From: a virus
IMG/VR virus record: IMGVR_UViG_3300022928_000019
Location: 1-64,000 of that record
Strand: one strand, 5' to 3'
DNA: 64,000 nt
Below, one piece after another: positions 47,015 to 56,792 of the stretch; positions within the stretch are counted from its first letter, which is position 1; the number at the start of each line of letters is the position of its first letter. The notes under the pieces were generated by a model that did not search any database, had not been told where the DNA came from, and saw nothing but the letters and a program-made list of their open reading frames with translations. A program made the position numbers and the translations under genes.

Positions 47015-47237
47015 TGTTTCTTAGAAAACTAGGTTTCACTCTGGGAATACCTGTTCCTATTCTTTCGCCATTTTTATCCCAACCGCGGATTTGATCTTTT
47101 GCCCAGAATTTATCTACTGCTTGATCAATCTCTAACCTTATTTTGTGAAACTCCCCGGGCGAGAAATAAAGGGGCAGGGGAATTTCCCCCGCCCCATATG
47201 ACCCTACCCCAAGGTCATGAAGTAGATTCTTGTCCAC
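46998..47237 (-). CDS. Hypothetical protein
   Basis: Coupled series. Confidence 0.5.
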   Translation of the reverse strand: MDKNLLHDLGVGSYGAGEIPLPLYFSPGEFHKIRLEIDQAVDKFWAKDQIRGWDKNGERIGTGIPRVKPSFLRNNEYSI

Positions 47238-47454
47238 CTTCGATTACCTGAAGCTTACTTTTAAGCTCTAGGTTTTCTACCTTGGTGGCAATTGCCTCAA
47301 TTTTCTCCAAAATAGACTCAAGTCTTTGATACGCCTCGCTTCGAGACATGGCATTATTTCCAACAACATTAAGCTTTTGCTCCAAAGTGAGTGAGTCCCA
47401 CTTTTTAGCTGCTTCTTCTTCTGCAGTTTGTTCTTCTGTTTTTTCTTCGCTCAT
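47215..47454 (-). CDS. Hypothetical coiled-coil protein
   Basis: Coupled series. Confidence 0.55.
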   Translation of the reverse strand: MSEEKTEEQTAEEEAAKKWDSLTLEQKLNVVGNNAMSRSEAYQRLESILEKIEAIATKVENLELKSKLQVIEGGQESTS

Positions 47455-47639
47455 TGTGCGTTTTTTACTAGTTGATAAATTTTCGAGATTGGTAGCCTAA
47501 CTATAGCTTTTGCTGTCCTACCTTTCGGTTTGAAATCAATGGTCTGAAGCTCGGCATTGAGCGTGACAATTAAGTCACGCCCATTGCCGTCATCAGAGTT
47601 AGTTTCTCTCGATAGGTTTTTGAGAAGTTTTGTAGCCAT
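47451..47639 (-). CDS. Hypothetical protein
   Basis: RET....R.LIVTL....I.F.PKG.R pattern. Confidence 0.6.
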   Translation of the reverse strand: MATKLLKNLSRETNSDDGNGRDLIVTLNAELQTIDFKPKGRTAKAIVRLPISKIYQLVKNAQ

Positions 47640-48040
47640 CAGTAGGGTACATCCTCGTCATCTTCAGGGACATTAACTGCTACCTTAGCAGGAGCCTTAG
47701 GTGCAGCAGCATTATCATCCTTATTACCAGCTGCAAAGCCGAAGCTCATTGGTTTCACAACGAACTTAACTTTACGCTGTGGTTTACCATCCTTGCCCTC
47801 AAACTTGTCCTGTTTGATGTCGGCATCTAGATAAACAGCATCGCCCTTTTTGGCATACTTAGCGATGTAGTCACCAGCCTGTCTCCATGCCTCGAAATCA
47901 TAAAAGGAAGCAGTCCGCTCACCTTTAACTGTTTCGTTAATGGCTAGGCTGAAGGTACACAGGGTAGCATCGCCAATCGTTTTAGTTGTAGGATCGGCTG
48001 TTAACCGTCCCATGAATTGTGCTTTGGAGTAAGAACTCAT
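47639..48040 (-). CDS. ssb: Single-stranded DNA-binding protein
   Basis: GRLTADP, FSLA, AW, KKGD; acidic tail EDVPY. Confidence 0.92.
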   Translation of the reverse strand: MSSYSKAQFMGRLTADPTTKTIGDATLCTFSLAINETVKGERTASFYDFEAWRQAGDYIAKYAKKGDAVYLDADIKQDKFEGKDGKPQRKVKFVVKPMSFGFAAGNKDDNAAAPKAPAKVAVNVPEDDEDVPY

Positions 48041-49308
48041 GATAATTTGGGTCGTGGTGTGAATTTTTGGATTTTTGGTTTAAAGCAGACCTCGACGTCA
48101 CCACACCGTCCTTGGCGCTGCTTACTTATTGAAATTACTGTTTGATCGGGGTCATCATTCTGCCTCCATAGAAGAGCAACCACATCTGCATCCTGCTCAA
48201 TGGCTCCCGACTCCCGAATATCGGAAAGCCTAGGCTTACGATTTAATTCATCTGCACCCCGATTTAGCTGACTGAGCATTATAATCGGAATATTAAGTTC
48301 CATTGCTAGTGCCTTCATGGATCCTGCGATCTCGGCAACCTGTTGTTCACGAGGCATGCGAGGATCAATAGCTGACATCTTTTGCGCATAATCTACTACG
48401 ATAAAATCCAATCCTTTACGCGCTAGCTTCCTAGCTTTGGATCTTACTTGGGCTGAGTTGATCATACCTCTGTCATCGATCCAAAAATTCTTAGACTTCA
48501 TCCACATCATAGCTTCCTGATACTTGTTTAAGTCCTCAGGTCTTGCTGTCTTGTCTATTATGTATCCTAATGGAACTTCAGATACATTAGATATGAGTCT
48601 TTGCATGACTGCTTCTGCCTTCATCTCTAAACTAAAGAATAAAACATTCTTGCTGTTTTTAAGTGCAGATAATGCTAGTTCGCATCCAAATGCAGTCTTA
48701 CCTACCGAAGTTCGTGCTGCCAAAACTACAAGGTCACTTGGCTGCCAACCAAATGTCATGCGATCTAATTCGCCTATACCTGAAGGGATCCCCGACATAC
48801 CATCAACTTCCATTCGTTTTTTTATGTTTACCCACATAGAATCCACGACATCGGAAGCTGATCGAGTCGGATCCTTAGTTTCGAGACTCATGCTAGTTAA
48901 GTCACGATCAGCTGCCTCTATAATAGAGTCAGTGGGAACTTGCTCATCGATGAGGTCACTGACCTCAAGAACGATTTTACGGAGTTGCCTACGCCTAAAG
49001 TCGTCTTTGCACTTCTCAAAATATCTATTAAATCCTGTGCTAGTGTCGCAAGAATGGATGATGTCAGTCACCCACGACCGCTCCTCGGAATCAAATTGAA
49101 GCATAATATCCACATCGATTACTTCACTAGTTTTGTCGCAGTCCTGAACAGCCAGCCAAAGTTGTTGGCAGTGAGGGTCAGAAAACCACTCCGTGGAAAC
49201 ACCAGCATCAATGCAGTCATCAATCAAATTAGCATCTTTCAACATGGTGCTAATAAGACCCCTCTCAGCTTGGTAATCAGTTTTTATCTCTGTTGTCGCA
49301 AAATTCAT
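48037..49308 (-). CDS. dnaB: Replicative DNA helicase DnaB
   Basis: AARTSVGKT, FSLEM, VDYAQ, LSQLNR, RESGAIEQDAD, KQRQG. Confidence 0.96.
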   Translation of the reverse strand: MNFATTEIKTDYQAERGLISTMLKDANLIDDCIDAGVSTEWFSDPHCQQLWLAVQDCDKTSEVIDVDIMLQFDSEERSWVTDIIHSCDTSTGFNRYFEKCKDDFRRRQLRKIVLEVSDLIDEQVPTDSIIEAADRDLTSMSLETKDPTRSASDVVDSMWVNIKKRMEVDGMSGIPSGIGELDRMTFGWQPSDLVVLAARTSVGKTAFGCELALSALKNSKNVLFFSLEMKAEAVMQRLISNVSEVPLGYIIDKTARPEDLNKYQEAMMWMKSKNFWIDDRGMINSAQVRSKARKLARKGLDFIVVDYAQKMSAIDPRMPREQQVAEIAGSMKALAMELNIPIIMLSQLNRGADELNRKPRLSDIRESGAIEQDADVVALLWRQNDDPDQTVISISKQRQGRCGDVEVCFKPKIQKFTPRPKLS

Positions 49309-49819
49309 CTATATAAAGTTGGTCAATTTCGTTAATGTCTGTAGTGCCTCTGTATTTCTCAAATACAGGCTTTCTGTTATTTGAAGCCCAATCCATGAAC
49401 TCATCGATGGACACATTTTCTTTTTTGTGACTGATGACAGGCCTCCATTCAGCATTATTTCTAATCCATGAGGTAAGGCACTGCCCCCATTGCTTTATGG
49501 GGTTTTTCCCCATGACCCACCCTTTAGCTTCATAGTGGCTAAAGAAAAGTTGAGCTTTAGGTTCAACTGGCTCAGGAATGTCCTTTGATTTAAAAAACTT
49601 AACTACCTCTTCTAAGTTTTTAGGCTTATTTCCTTCACCCAATGTTTTCTCAGCCCTTGGCTTACGAGTACGCTGTGGCTTAACTTCAACCTTAATCTCA
49701 GGATGGTAGCTAGCTAGTGCAGCAAGAAACAAACCTTGTCGATCTAGACCACTAAAGTCAGACAAAGCATCAAGCCTAGCTTCAATGTTAGGAGATAGTC
49801 TAATTTCTAAGCGCTTCAT
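49277..49819 (-). CDS. Putative replication initiator / helicase loader
   Basis: F..HYEAKGW..G..PIK.W motif; immediately upstream of dnaB; RHH-like N-terminus. Confidence 0.6.
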   Translation of the reverse strand: MKRLEIRLSPNIEARLDALSDFSGLDRQGLFLAALASYHPEIKVEVKPQRTRKPRAEKTLGEGNKPKNLEEVVKFFKSKDIPEPVEPKAQLFFSHYEAKGWVMGKNPIKQWGQCLTSWIRNNAEWRPVISHKKENVSIDEFMDWASNNRKPVFEKYRGTTDINEIDQLYIDEFCDNRDKN

Positions 49820-50237
49820 CTTCCACCTCCCTTAGCCAAATATAAATACCTGCATTCTGTGATCTTATCTTTTGAATCTGCAGATCCACGACTTGAGCAT
49901 CCGAGTTGTAAAAAAGCAACTTGCCCATGCAGTCCTGAAACATTTTGACCAAATTGTCAGCATCAGGCTTAGTAAAGTGCCAAGTCCAACCCTTATCTTT
50001 GACTGCTCGTTTCTCAGACTTAAGAAAAGGGAACTTATAAATGATTGTAAGTGCCAAAGGGCCTTCCAGAGGTCTCTCAGGAACATAAGGCATGAGGAGG
50101 CTAGCAAAGTCTGCTTCCTGTTGCTTTCCCTTGGCGGTGGTATACGAAAATGGGATTCCATTCTTTTTAACTCCTACTCGTTTTGATGATTGTGCAGTGG
50201 ATCTCGGTGGATTGCATCTAATGGTAAATGCCTTCAT
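49800..50237 (-). CDS. rusA: RusA-like Holliday junction resolvase
   Basis: KPDADNLVK...D.......DAQV. Confidence 0.9.
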   Translation of the reverse strand: MKAFTIRCNPPRSTAQSSKRVGVKKNGIPFSYTTAKGKQQEADFASLLMPYVPERPLEGPLALTIIYKFPFLKSEKRAVKDKGWTWHFTKPDADNLVKMFQDCMGKLLFYNSDAQVVDLQIQKIRSQNAGIYIWLREVEDEALRN

Positions 50238-51316
50238 GCTGCCGAAACCGACTTTGCTTTTTCCTTACGGAACATGACCTGTTCCAACCGTGTGCGAAGA
50301 TCCTTCTTTGCATCCCCCTTAGACTGATCAGTATGCTCAGCCCATATCTTTATTAGGTCTGGTTCAGAAATCTTCGTAGCTTGGAGGAATTCCTTAACAG
50401 GTAGATTCGCAGAAAACAGAATTTCAGACGCACCCACAGCATCAAAGGAAGTAACACTTCCAGTATTACGCAGCTTCCAACCAGGAATATCAATACCACT
50501 CTCAAGACGACCTTTCGCAGTCGATTTAACGCTTTTGCCAAACCTTTCAATAAGTCCGACCCGCTCCATTTTTTCAGCCAATTCTTCGTTTGAAATATTT
50601 TCCATATCAGTTTCTTTATCAATTTCATCTTTAATTAATTTAAATGCAGCAGGGCAGTGTGCTAGAGCCTTGCAGTACTTGCATTGTAGGTGACCTGCGG
50701 TCATCGGTGCATCCTCTGCCTCTACCTCGATAGCTAACTTTCTTAGTTTAATTGCTAGCATGTCAGATAGATCACGACCCATTACTCCCTGAGTCCACTT
50801 TCCAATGGCAGGTTGTAGAAGAGCTACCCTCACGCGTTTCACCTGGGGGTAGTTTTGCATCACAAGTGTAGCATAAACCTGCAACTGCTTATTCTTCGAC
50901 GCCTCTTCGTAATGACCATAGAGCATTTTGTAATCGATGACGCTGGCATCCTCTCCATCGATTTCTAGATAATCGATCTGACCAGAGAGGACACCAATGC
51001 CTTCATCATTGAGTAACCACAACCTAAGTTCCCTAATCACTTCACCCTGCAACCCAAAAATCTTGGTTACTTCTGCCTCCATTCTTCGGCACTCTTGAAT
51101 GATGAACGCATGACTAGAATCAAGTATATCATCAATCGGAGTTCCGTTTTCCATATAAGAGTGCAATTCTGTGCCTTGGGTTGCATCGGATGTGTCGTAA
51201 TCCTTAAATTTCTGTGAGGCTTTAAAGCGAGCTTTGCACAGCATATTTTCGTAGACTGATGAACCCGACATCTTCGGGACACCCTTCCAAGCTCGCTCGT
51301 TTTTTACTATTCCCAT
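50234..51316 (-). CDS. PD-(D/E)XK exonuclease (DUF2800/Cas4-like)
   Basis: GTELH, GQID, IDYK, NKQL..YA, QCKYCKA...CP. Confidence 0.85.
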   Translation of the reverse strand: MGIVKNERAWKGVPKMSGSSVYENMLCKARFKASQKFKDYDTSDATQGTELHSYMENGTPIDDILDSSHAFIIQECRRMEAEVTKIFGLQGEVIRELRLWLLNDEGIGVLSGQIDYLEIDGEDASVIDYKMLYGHYEEASKNKQLQVYATLVMQNYPQVKRVRVALLQPAIGKWTQGVMGRDLSDMLAIKLRKLAIEVEAEDAPMTAGHLQCKYCKALAHCPAAFKLIKDEIDKETDMENISNEELAEKMERVGLIERFGKSVKSTAKGRLESGIDIPGWKLRNTGSVTSFDAVGASEILFSANLPVKEFLQATKISEPDLIKIWAEHTDQSKGDAKKDLRTRLEQVMFRKEKAKSVSAA

Positions 51317-51774
51317 CCCGACAAATCCGCCACTTTGTCAGTTTTAGGCTTAGGTAATGCCCATTTAGGTAATGTAGGTGGAGTAACAATCCTACGATTT
51401 TCGACAGCTACCCACTTCACAGGAAGATAGTAAAGATACCTTCCGATTCCCCACTTAACAGCTGCACGTTTAAATGCATCACTGATTCCACCCTTAACAC
51501 CCTCGATGTTAGTGTCTCCAGCCCCATCGACTTTAGACACCCATCCATCACCAATATTTAAAGAAAGAGTGCATAGAAGCCTGCCCGTTTTGGTTTCGTA
51601 GTAATCGTCTGACCAATTCTCAAACCCAACCACATCATCGAGTCGTTTCATTACGTCTCTTGCATCAATGTAAGCTAATGCTGAACCTTTTTTTCCATCT
51701 TTAGTCATTTGACCAACGCGCCAGTGTACTACCTTCTCCTCGAACGGAGCCTTCAATCCTTGATAAATATCCAT
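51307..51774 (-). CDS. sak: Rad52/Sak-family single-strand annealing protein
   Basis: AYIDARDVMKRLD.V.G..NW, KGGISDAFKRAAVKWGIGRYLY. Confidence 0.92.
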   Translation of the reverse strand: MDIYQGLKAPFEEKVVHWRVGQMTKDGKKGSALAYIDARDVMKRLDDVVGFENWSDDYYETKTGRLLCTLSLNIGDGWVSKVDGAGDTNIEGVKGGISDAFKRAAVKWGIGRYLYYLPVKWVAVENRRIVTPPTLPKWALPKPKTDKVADLSGWE

Positions 51775-51983
51775 TAGGCTTCCTCCAATTCTGTTAGTGC
51801 CTCAACTTCTTTTTTGAGGACGCGCTGATATTTCGAAAACTTAGTCTTATAGGATTTCAAAACTCCTTTTTTGACCAAGTGTTTCACACTGCGAAATGAG
51901 TCGAAACCTAGCTTGGTTGCTGCCTCGGTAAGGCTGTAGGTTTCGTTCAATCGCACTATCCCATTCACTTTTGTACCACTCAT
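51774..51983 (-). CDS. HTH DNA-binding protein (excisionase/Cro-like)
   Basis: YSLTEAATKLG....V..LVKKG.L; likely start MSGTK (track start is 52037). Confidence 0.65.
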   Translation of the reverse strand: MSGTKVNGIVRLNETYSLTEAATKLGFDSFRSVKHLVKKGVLKSYKTKFSKYQRVLKKEVEALTELEEA

Positions 51984-52159
51984 TGAGTTACCCTTTTGGC
52001 GGTTAATGACACCTCGGTCAATAGATAATATTCGCAAAGTGCAAAAAAAATTAGCAATCTGTTAATTTTGGTGTAATAGGGTGAAAATAATGTATTGACT
52101 TTAGTAAAAAAATATTTCCTTTAGTAGGTCTTAACAATTAATTAGTTCCAGAAATCCCT

Positions 52160-52384
52160 ATGAATAAATCAGATAAATCAATAGGCATTCGCGTTACTGA
52201 CGAATGTTACCAAAAAATCCAAGAGATGTGCGAAAGACTTGGGGGAATACCAATTAATAATTTCGCACAAAATTCGATTGAGACTTGCATCGAAATGCTT
52301 GAATCAAAAACTTTAACAACACCGAAGTGGATAGCAGTAGGTCGTTATTCATTGGAATTTACAATAGGAAACAAATTGAAATGA
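52160..52384 (+). CDS. Ribbon-helix-helix regulator (putative repressor)
   Basis: IGIRVT...Y..I..M..; divergent from the HTH gene across an AT-rich spacer. Confidence 0.55.
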   Translation: MNKSDKSIGIRVTDECYQKIQEMCERLGGIPINNFAQNSIETCIEMLESKTLTTPKWIAVGRYSLEFTIGNKLK

Positions 52385-52698
52385 ACCGAATTGAAGTGCA
52401 GCTTGCTAGTGATAAACAAGTATTAGAATTTGATGAACCTGTAAAGTCAGTCGAGATTCTTAATTCTAAATATTACTTGAAATCGTATATCCCTCTAGCT
52501 GCTCTTTTTGTGGGGCTTTTAATCGGACATATATATTCAAAACCTAAAGGATTGGTATATGATCCTCTCACTCATCGGTGTATACCTAAGGCTACTGCTA
52601 AACTCATGTTAAATCATGGATTGCATTGGTGCCGTGAACATAAAAGATTGGAAAAGAAATATGATTCTCCCAATTTCCCTGTACTAGATTTTGAATGA
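52381..52698 (+). CDS. Membrane protein (possible lysogen-expressed gene)
   Basis: One TM segment YIPLAALFVGLLIGHIY; ATGA coupling at 52381. Confidence 0.5.
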   Translation: MNRIEVQLASDKQVLEFDEPVKSVEILNSKYYLKSYIPLAALFVGLLIGHIYSKPKGLVYDPLTHRCIPKATAKLMLNHGLHWCREHKRLEKKYDSPNFPVLDFE

Positions 52699-52980
52699 TT
52701 ATACTTAACTTAAAAGTATAGTACTTACTTTACCCAAGGCATTGCCTCCTTAAATCCCCCCCCTATAGTCCCCCCCCTTTGATGGTTCCATGCCAAGTCG
52801 GAAGATGAGTAAATCCGTACGCTTTTACTCATTCACAAAATACCCAATCGGAACTTTAACGTAGTTTTAACGTAGTTCATACGTAATCCACTAATTTCGG
52901 TAGTTGGAATTTGTTATATAGGTATAGGCATAGGATATAGACATAGTCATAGATACAGAATCAGATTCAGATATATAAAA
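52699..52980. other. Candidate replication origin
   Basis: Non-coding; C8-TATAGT-C8 (52756-52777), ACGTAGTT 11-bp repeats (52859-52888), run of ATAGNN/CAGA hexamer-like repeats (about 52919-52977). Confidence 0.45.
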
Positions 52981-52985
52981 ATTTG

Positions 52986-53026
52986 CAAGCGATGGCTAAA
53001 GGGGGCCGGCTTTAGCCATCGGCTTG
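52986..53026 (-). terminator. Hairpin terminator downstream of integrase 2
   Basis: gatggctaaag/ctttagccatc stem, followed by a T-rich run on the minus strand. Confidence 0.7.
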
Positions 53027-53041
53027 AATGTCAGTATTTAT

Positions 53042-53968
53042 CTAGCCTACAGGCCGAATCTTGAAAAAGTTTACTGCATCTTTTTTCTCGGCTACAGAAC
53101 TGCAGTAATGTCGGTGAAAAGTTTTATAATTTGAATGACCTGTGTACCTCATAGTCTGCTCCATACCCATGGTAAAGTATGCATAGGTGCAGAAGGTATG
53201 ACGCATCGCATCATGGGCAATTCTACCGAAATATCTGCGCCTTGCGATTCGGTAGGCATTGTAGGTGAATTTTTCCCTTATCCCATATTTCCTAACCCAT
53301 GATATTAGATTATCAGGAAGATCATGGAGTACCCGAGTCGTCCGAAGCTTAGAATTTGCACCGAGGATATAGAGCTTCTTACCTTGCAAATCTAAATCCT
53401 TACTTTCGATTTTCAAGGACTCGTATGGTCTGACACCTGCGAAAAGTTGTATGGCTATTCTGCCTTTAAACTTATCGGGCATTTTATTAAGTAGATCCTT
53501 AGCCTGGTTAACTGACAGAATCTCAATGGGGTTCTCATCTTGTAAAACCTCAAGGATTTTAACATTGGTAAACTTTCTTTCGGGGCAGAAGCCTTGGTCT
53601 CCACACCAATTCAGAAAGCCACAAACATCATTTCTGTGACCGATCCTAGACCATCTCCCATCGAAACTTTCAGCAAACCGTTTGACATCTTGCCTAGTTA
53701 TTTGGTCAACAGTTTTACAATCTGTCCAATTTAGGAAGCTAGTAAGCCTAGTTTTATAGGTCATCAAGCTTGCTTTACGGAGGTTCCTTTGACCGCATGC
53801 CTTCATATACATAAGGTATGCATCAATAATGCTCACATTATTGCATAACCCATTAGCCTCTTGAGGCTTATGAGTGGTGGGAGATGGCAGATTCGAACTG
53901 CCGACCTCATGCGTGTCATGCATGCTTGGAACCCCCTTTTTGAATAGGTTCAAGAAGGGAATTTTCAT
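53042..53968 (-). CDS. int: Tyrosine integrase 2 (attP inside the 5' part of the ORF)
   Basis: AGVRPYE, SK, HDAMRHT, TGH, HRHY; start uncertain. Confidence 0.9.
   Translation of the reverse strand: MKIPFLNLFKKGVPSMHDTHEVGSSNLPSPTTHKPQEANGLCNNVSIIDAYLMYMKACGQRNLRKASLMTYKTRLTSFLNWTDCKTVDQITRQDVKRFAESFDGRWSRIGHRNDVCGFLNWCGDQGFCPERKFTNVKILEVLQDENPIEILSVNQAKDLLNKMPDKFKGRIAIQLFAGVRPYESLKIESKDLDLQGKKLYILGANSKLRTTRVLHDLPDNLISWVRKYGIREKFTYNAYRIARRRYFGRIAHDAMRHTFCTYAYFTMGMEQTMRYTGHSNYKTFHRHYCSSVAEKKDAVNFFKIRPVG
53875..53926 (-). other. attP core: 3' half of tRNA-Val(GAC)
   Basis: Minus strand catgc-atGACac-gcatg-aggtc-ggcag-TTCGAAT-ctgcc-atctccc-ACCA; no D arm or 5' acceptor strand. Confidence 0.85.
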
Positions 53969-54031
53969 TGTGTTACTTAATTATTTTGTTTACAGGTTGT
54001 TGTTTCCAATGTCAGTATTGGAGAATCAAAA

Positions 54032-54248
54032 TATGAAGGATGAAGATATTCTAAATCAGGTCGAACCAAAACTTAAAGAGTACTATTCAACATTTCTGTT
54101 AGTTGGATTTAAAGCAGACGATGGTGAGATTAGTTGCATCGGAGACATGGGTTGTCCTAAGGAAAAATTTAACGAAAATCTTAAGCTAAGACCTTTGCAT
54201 CGACAGATAGCTAGAATGATTAAAAGAGAAAATGAGAAAAATACGTAA
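54032..54248 (+). CDS. Hypothetical protein
   Basis: Likely start MKDED; overlaps the next gene. Confidence 0.55.
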
Positions 54249-54624
54249 AGGCTGGGCATGCTTTGACGAGTTTCCACCGATATTCGTAAGGCTTTTAGCA
54301 CGAGAAAAGATTCGCAACAAGAACGGAAAAACTAGTGCAGTTAGAGTTCTCACTGATGAAGAAATTGCGATCAATTCAGGCATGGATCTATTTGATGTTC
54401 AATCTATCTCACAGATGCACGACTGGTCTGATATAAGCGTTGGTGAGGCTAAAAGGTTTTGCCAAGGCTGCAACTTCGATTTATTTGACTGGCAAGTGAG
54501 AAATGGTGCTTATGCATTAGCTTCAAATGGAAGCTTTGCGTATCTTCGAAGTAGTCCTGATTGGATTAAAAAATATAAACCAATGCTAATGTCATTTTTC
54601 AATGCCCAGACGAAAAAAGTATAG
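54232..54624 (+). CDS. Hypothetical protein (possible HTH)
   Basis: LTDEEIAINSGM....V..IS. Confidence 0.6.
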   Translation: MRKIRKGWACFDEFPPIFVRLLAREKIRNKNGKTSAVRVLTDEEIAINSGMDLFDVQSISQMHDWSDISVGEAKRFCQGCNFDLFDWQVRNGAYALASNGSFAYLRSSPDWIKKYKPMLMSFFNAQTKKV

Positions 54625-55270
54625 TACCGAGGAGTTAGCTACTGCGATGCGACGTCATGACGGCAACTATGCCGATGCAGCTAAAGAGTTAGGCATGACT
54701 GAGGGGAATATGCGAGAGCGTGTTCGTAAGGATCCAAGGGTTAAAAGTATTTGGCAAGTAGCCGGGAACCAAGGACACGAGCCTTCCGATGTTGAACTTA
54801 TGGTCAGGAAAGACCCTCCACCTGCGCCAGACCACAAAGAGTTTCTAGGAGCATTAAAGGAAAATGGTAAGGAAGAGTTCATGGGTGAACTCGAGACAAT
54901 GCTTAGGAACCCTGAGAACATTGAGAAGTTAAAAGTATTTCAGAACCTGAAGGGTGGCATCGGGCAACTAATGTCTAATGCCTTGGATGTAACTCAGAAA
55001 ATAGCCATTCGACAGAATATGGCTTTATTTGAAGTAGGGGAAAAGCTACGAGACGATATTTCTAGTGGGATATTGGATCCCGAGGAGGAGATATTAAGGA
55101 CTAAGCTATTTCTGCAGACGACCGAGCAACAAGGTAAATTTTACGACAGGTTACTTCATGGTTTAGACTTGATGATTAAAATGTCAGAAAGGGATAAAGT
55201 TAAAGAAAAGAAAAAGCCTGGATTCAGACCTTTGAAGGAGATGCAAAGTGCCGAGGCTAAAGAAGATTGA
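54602..55270 (+). CDS. Putative terminase small subunit
   Basis: N-terminal HTH (GNYADAAKELGMT), directly upstream of TerL. Confidence 0.6.
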   Translation: MPRRKKYSTEELATAMRRHDGNYADAAKELGMTEGNMRERVRKDPRVKSIWQVAGNQGHEPSDVELMVRKDPPPAPDHKEFLGALKENGKEEFMGELETMLRNPENIEKLKVFQNLKGGIGQLMSNALDVTQKIAIRQNMALFEVGEKLRDDISSGILDPEEEILRTKLFLQTTEQQGKFYDRLLHGLDLMIKMSERDKVKEKKKPGFRPLKEMQSAEAKED

Positions 55271-56786
55271 TCCTAAAGCTTTCCTCGATGCCTTTACCGA
55301 GGATGAAGAGGTTGGAGCAGAAGAAGAAATATGGTCTCCTTCTTTGTCGGGATCCCAAAGTGAACTTTTTAATTCTACATCAAAGTACATTTTAGCGTAT
55401 GGAGAACGTGCTTCGGGTAAGACTTTTGTATTGGGTGGGCATAAGCTTGTTAGGCATTGCTACGAAAACTTTAATGCCTTGGCACTAATTATAGTTGGAG
55501 TTAAGTCACAAGCCACACAGGGTGGAGTTTGGCACAAATTGCAGACCGAAGTACTACCCGAGTGGAAAGAGGGTTTAGGGATAGACTATACAGACGAAAA
55601 GATGGACTTACAGAAAGCTCCATATATTGATATTCAGAATCGATATGGTGGTTGGTCGAGGATAAGTCTTATGTCTGCTCCATTCGGGACAATGCTTATT
55701 GACCGGATCAAAGGTTTTGAACCTAGTTATGTCTTTGTCGATGAGCTTACTAACCTAGATTCTCCCTCTTACTTCGAGGCTGTGGTTCAACAACTTGGTC
55801 GTAGGCAAGGCATTGAGGGAATCCAACAGTATTGCGCTGCATGCAACCCTGACGGGCCAAGTCATTGGGTGTATAAAAGATTCTTTGAATCACCGCTAGA
55901 CGATGAAGGTAATTATAATCACGATTATCATGTAGTACATGTAAAGATAGCAGAGAACGAAAAAAACCTTCCTGAGGGTTATTACTCGCGAGTAATGCAG
56001 GCTGTTTCAAATGACCCAATCGAGGCGAAAAGGATGCTAGAGGGTGAATGGATAGATAGACCATCGGGCGATGCTTTATTAGCTCCCTACTTTTCGAAAC
56101 CTCTTCATGTTAAGGGAGATGCAAAATCAGGCATAATCCCTAACCCTAGTTTCCCTATAATAATTGGATATGACCCAGGCTCAGTAAATAATGCTATGGT
56201 GTTTATGCAGTGCCTAATTGGTAAGGAAAAAAGCATGTGGATAGTGTTCGATGAATTGATTTTTATTAATCAAAAGATTCCTTACACGAAAATTGTTCCG
56301 TATTTGTACCGGAAGATGAAATACTGGAATAATTTGGTGGGTACAGACTTCAAATACATCCACATCTCAGACAACTCTGCATTCAATCAGTATCGTGCAA
56401 AGACAGGCTCTTATGACGTGAAGGACTTTGAGGATATATCTAAGGAGAAATGTGAAGTGTTCGGCTTGGAGCCTATTCGAATGAAGGCAGCACCAAAGTT
56501 TTCGGGGTCTGTTGAGGGCCGAGTACGGCTACTAATATCAAAGTTAGTTCAGGAGGAAATTGTATTTTCTGCACAATGCACGGATGTAATCAAGAGTGTA
56601 AGGAATCTTTCTTCTGATAAGAGTAAAGATGGCAAATACGATCCTAGCTTGGCTATGAAGCCAAAGAGAAGTGTATACATTCATTCATTTGATGCGCTGA
56701 CCTATCCCATTATGTTTTATGATGTTAAGACAACTATGCCTACGCCCAATGTAAGGACATCCTCAATAATAGAAATAAATGCTTGA
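55248..56786 (+). CDS. terL: Terminase large subunit
   Basis: GERASGKT Walker A, VFVDE Walker B, CNP, GYDPG, HSFDALTY. Confidence 0.93.
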   Translation: MPRLKKIDPKAFLDAFTEDEEVGAEEEIWSPSLSGSQSELFNSTSKYILAYGERASGKTFVLGGHKLVRHCYENFNALALIIVGVKSQATQGGVWHKLQTEVLPEWKEGLGIDYTDEKMDLQKAPYIDIQNRYGGWSRISLMSAPFGTMLIDRIKGFEPSYVFVDELTNLDSPSYFEAVVQQLGRRQGIEGIQQYCAACNPDGPSHWVYKRFFESPLDDEGNYNHDYHVVHVKIAENEKNLPEGYYSRVMQAVSNDPIEAKRMLEGEWIDRPSGDALLAPYFSKPLHVKGDAKSGIIPNPSFPIIIGYDPGSVNNAMVFMQCLIGKEKSMWIVFDELIFINQKIPYTKIVPYLYRKMKYWNNLVGTDFKYIHISDNSAFNQYRAKTGSYDVKDFEDISKEKCEVFGLEPIRMKAAPKFSGSVEGRVRLLISKLVQEEIVFSAQCTDVIKSVRNLSSDKSKDGKYDPSLAMKPKRSVYIHSFDALTYPIMFYDVKTTMPTPNVRTSSIIEINA

Positions 56787-56792
56787 CCTTTT

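Noticed and set aside
50234-51316. Cas4 as part of a CRISPR system
   Set aside because: Sits beside Sak and RusA as an ordinary phage recombination exonuclease.
53875-53950. Complete tRNA-Val gene
   Set aside because: D arm and 5' acceptor strand (GGGAGAT) are missing; treated as attP.
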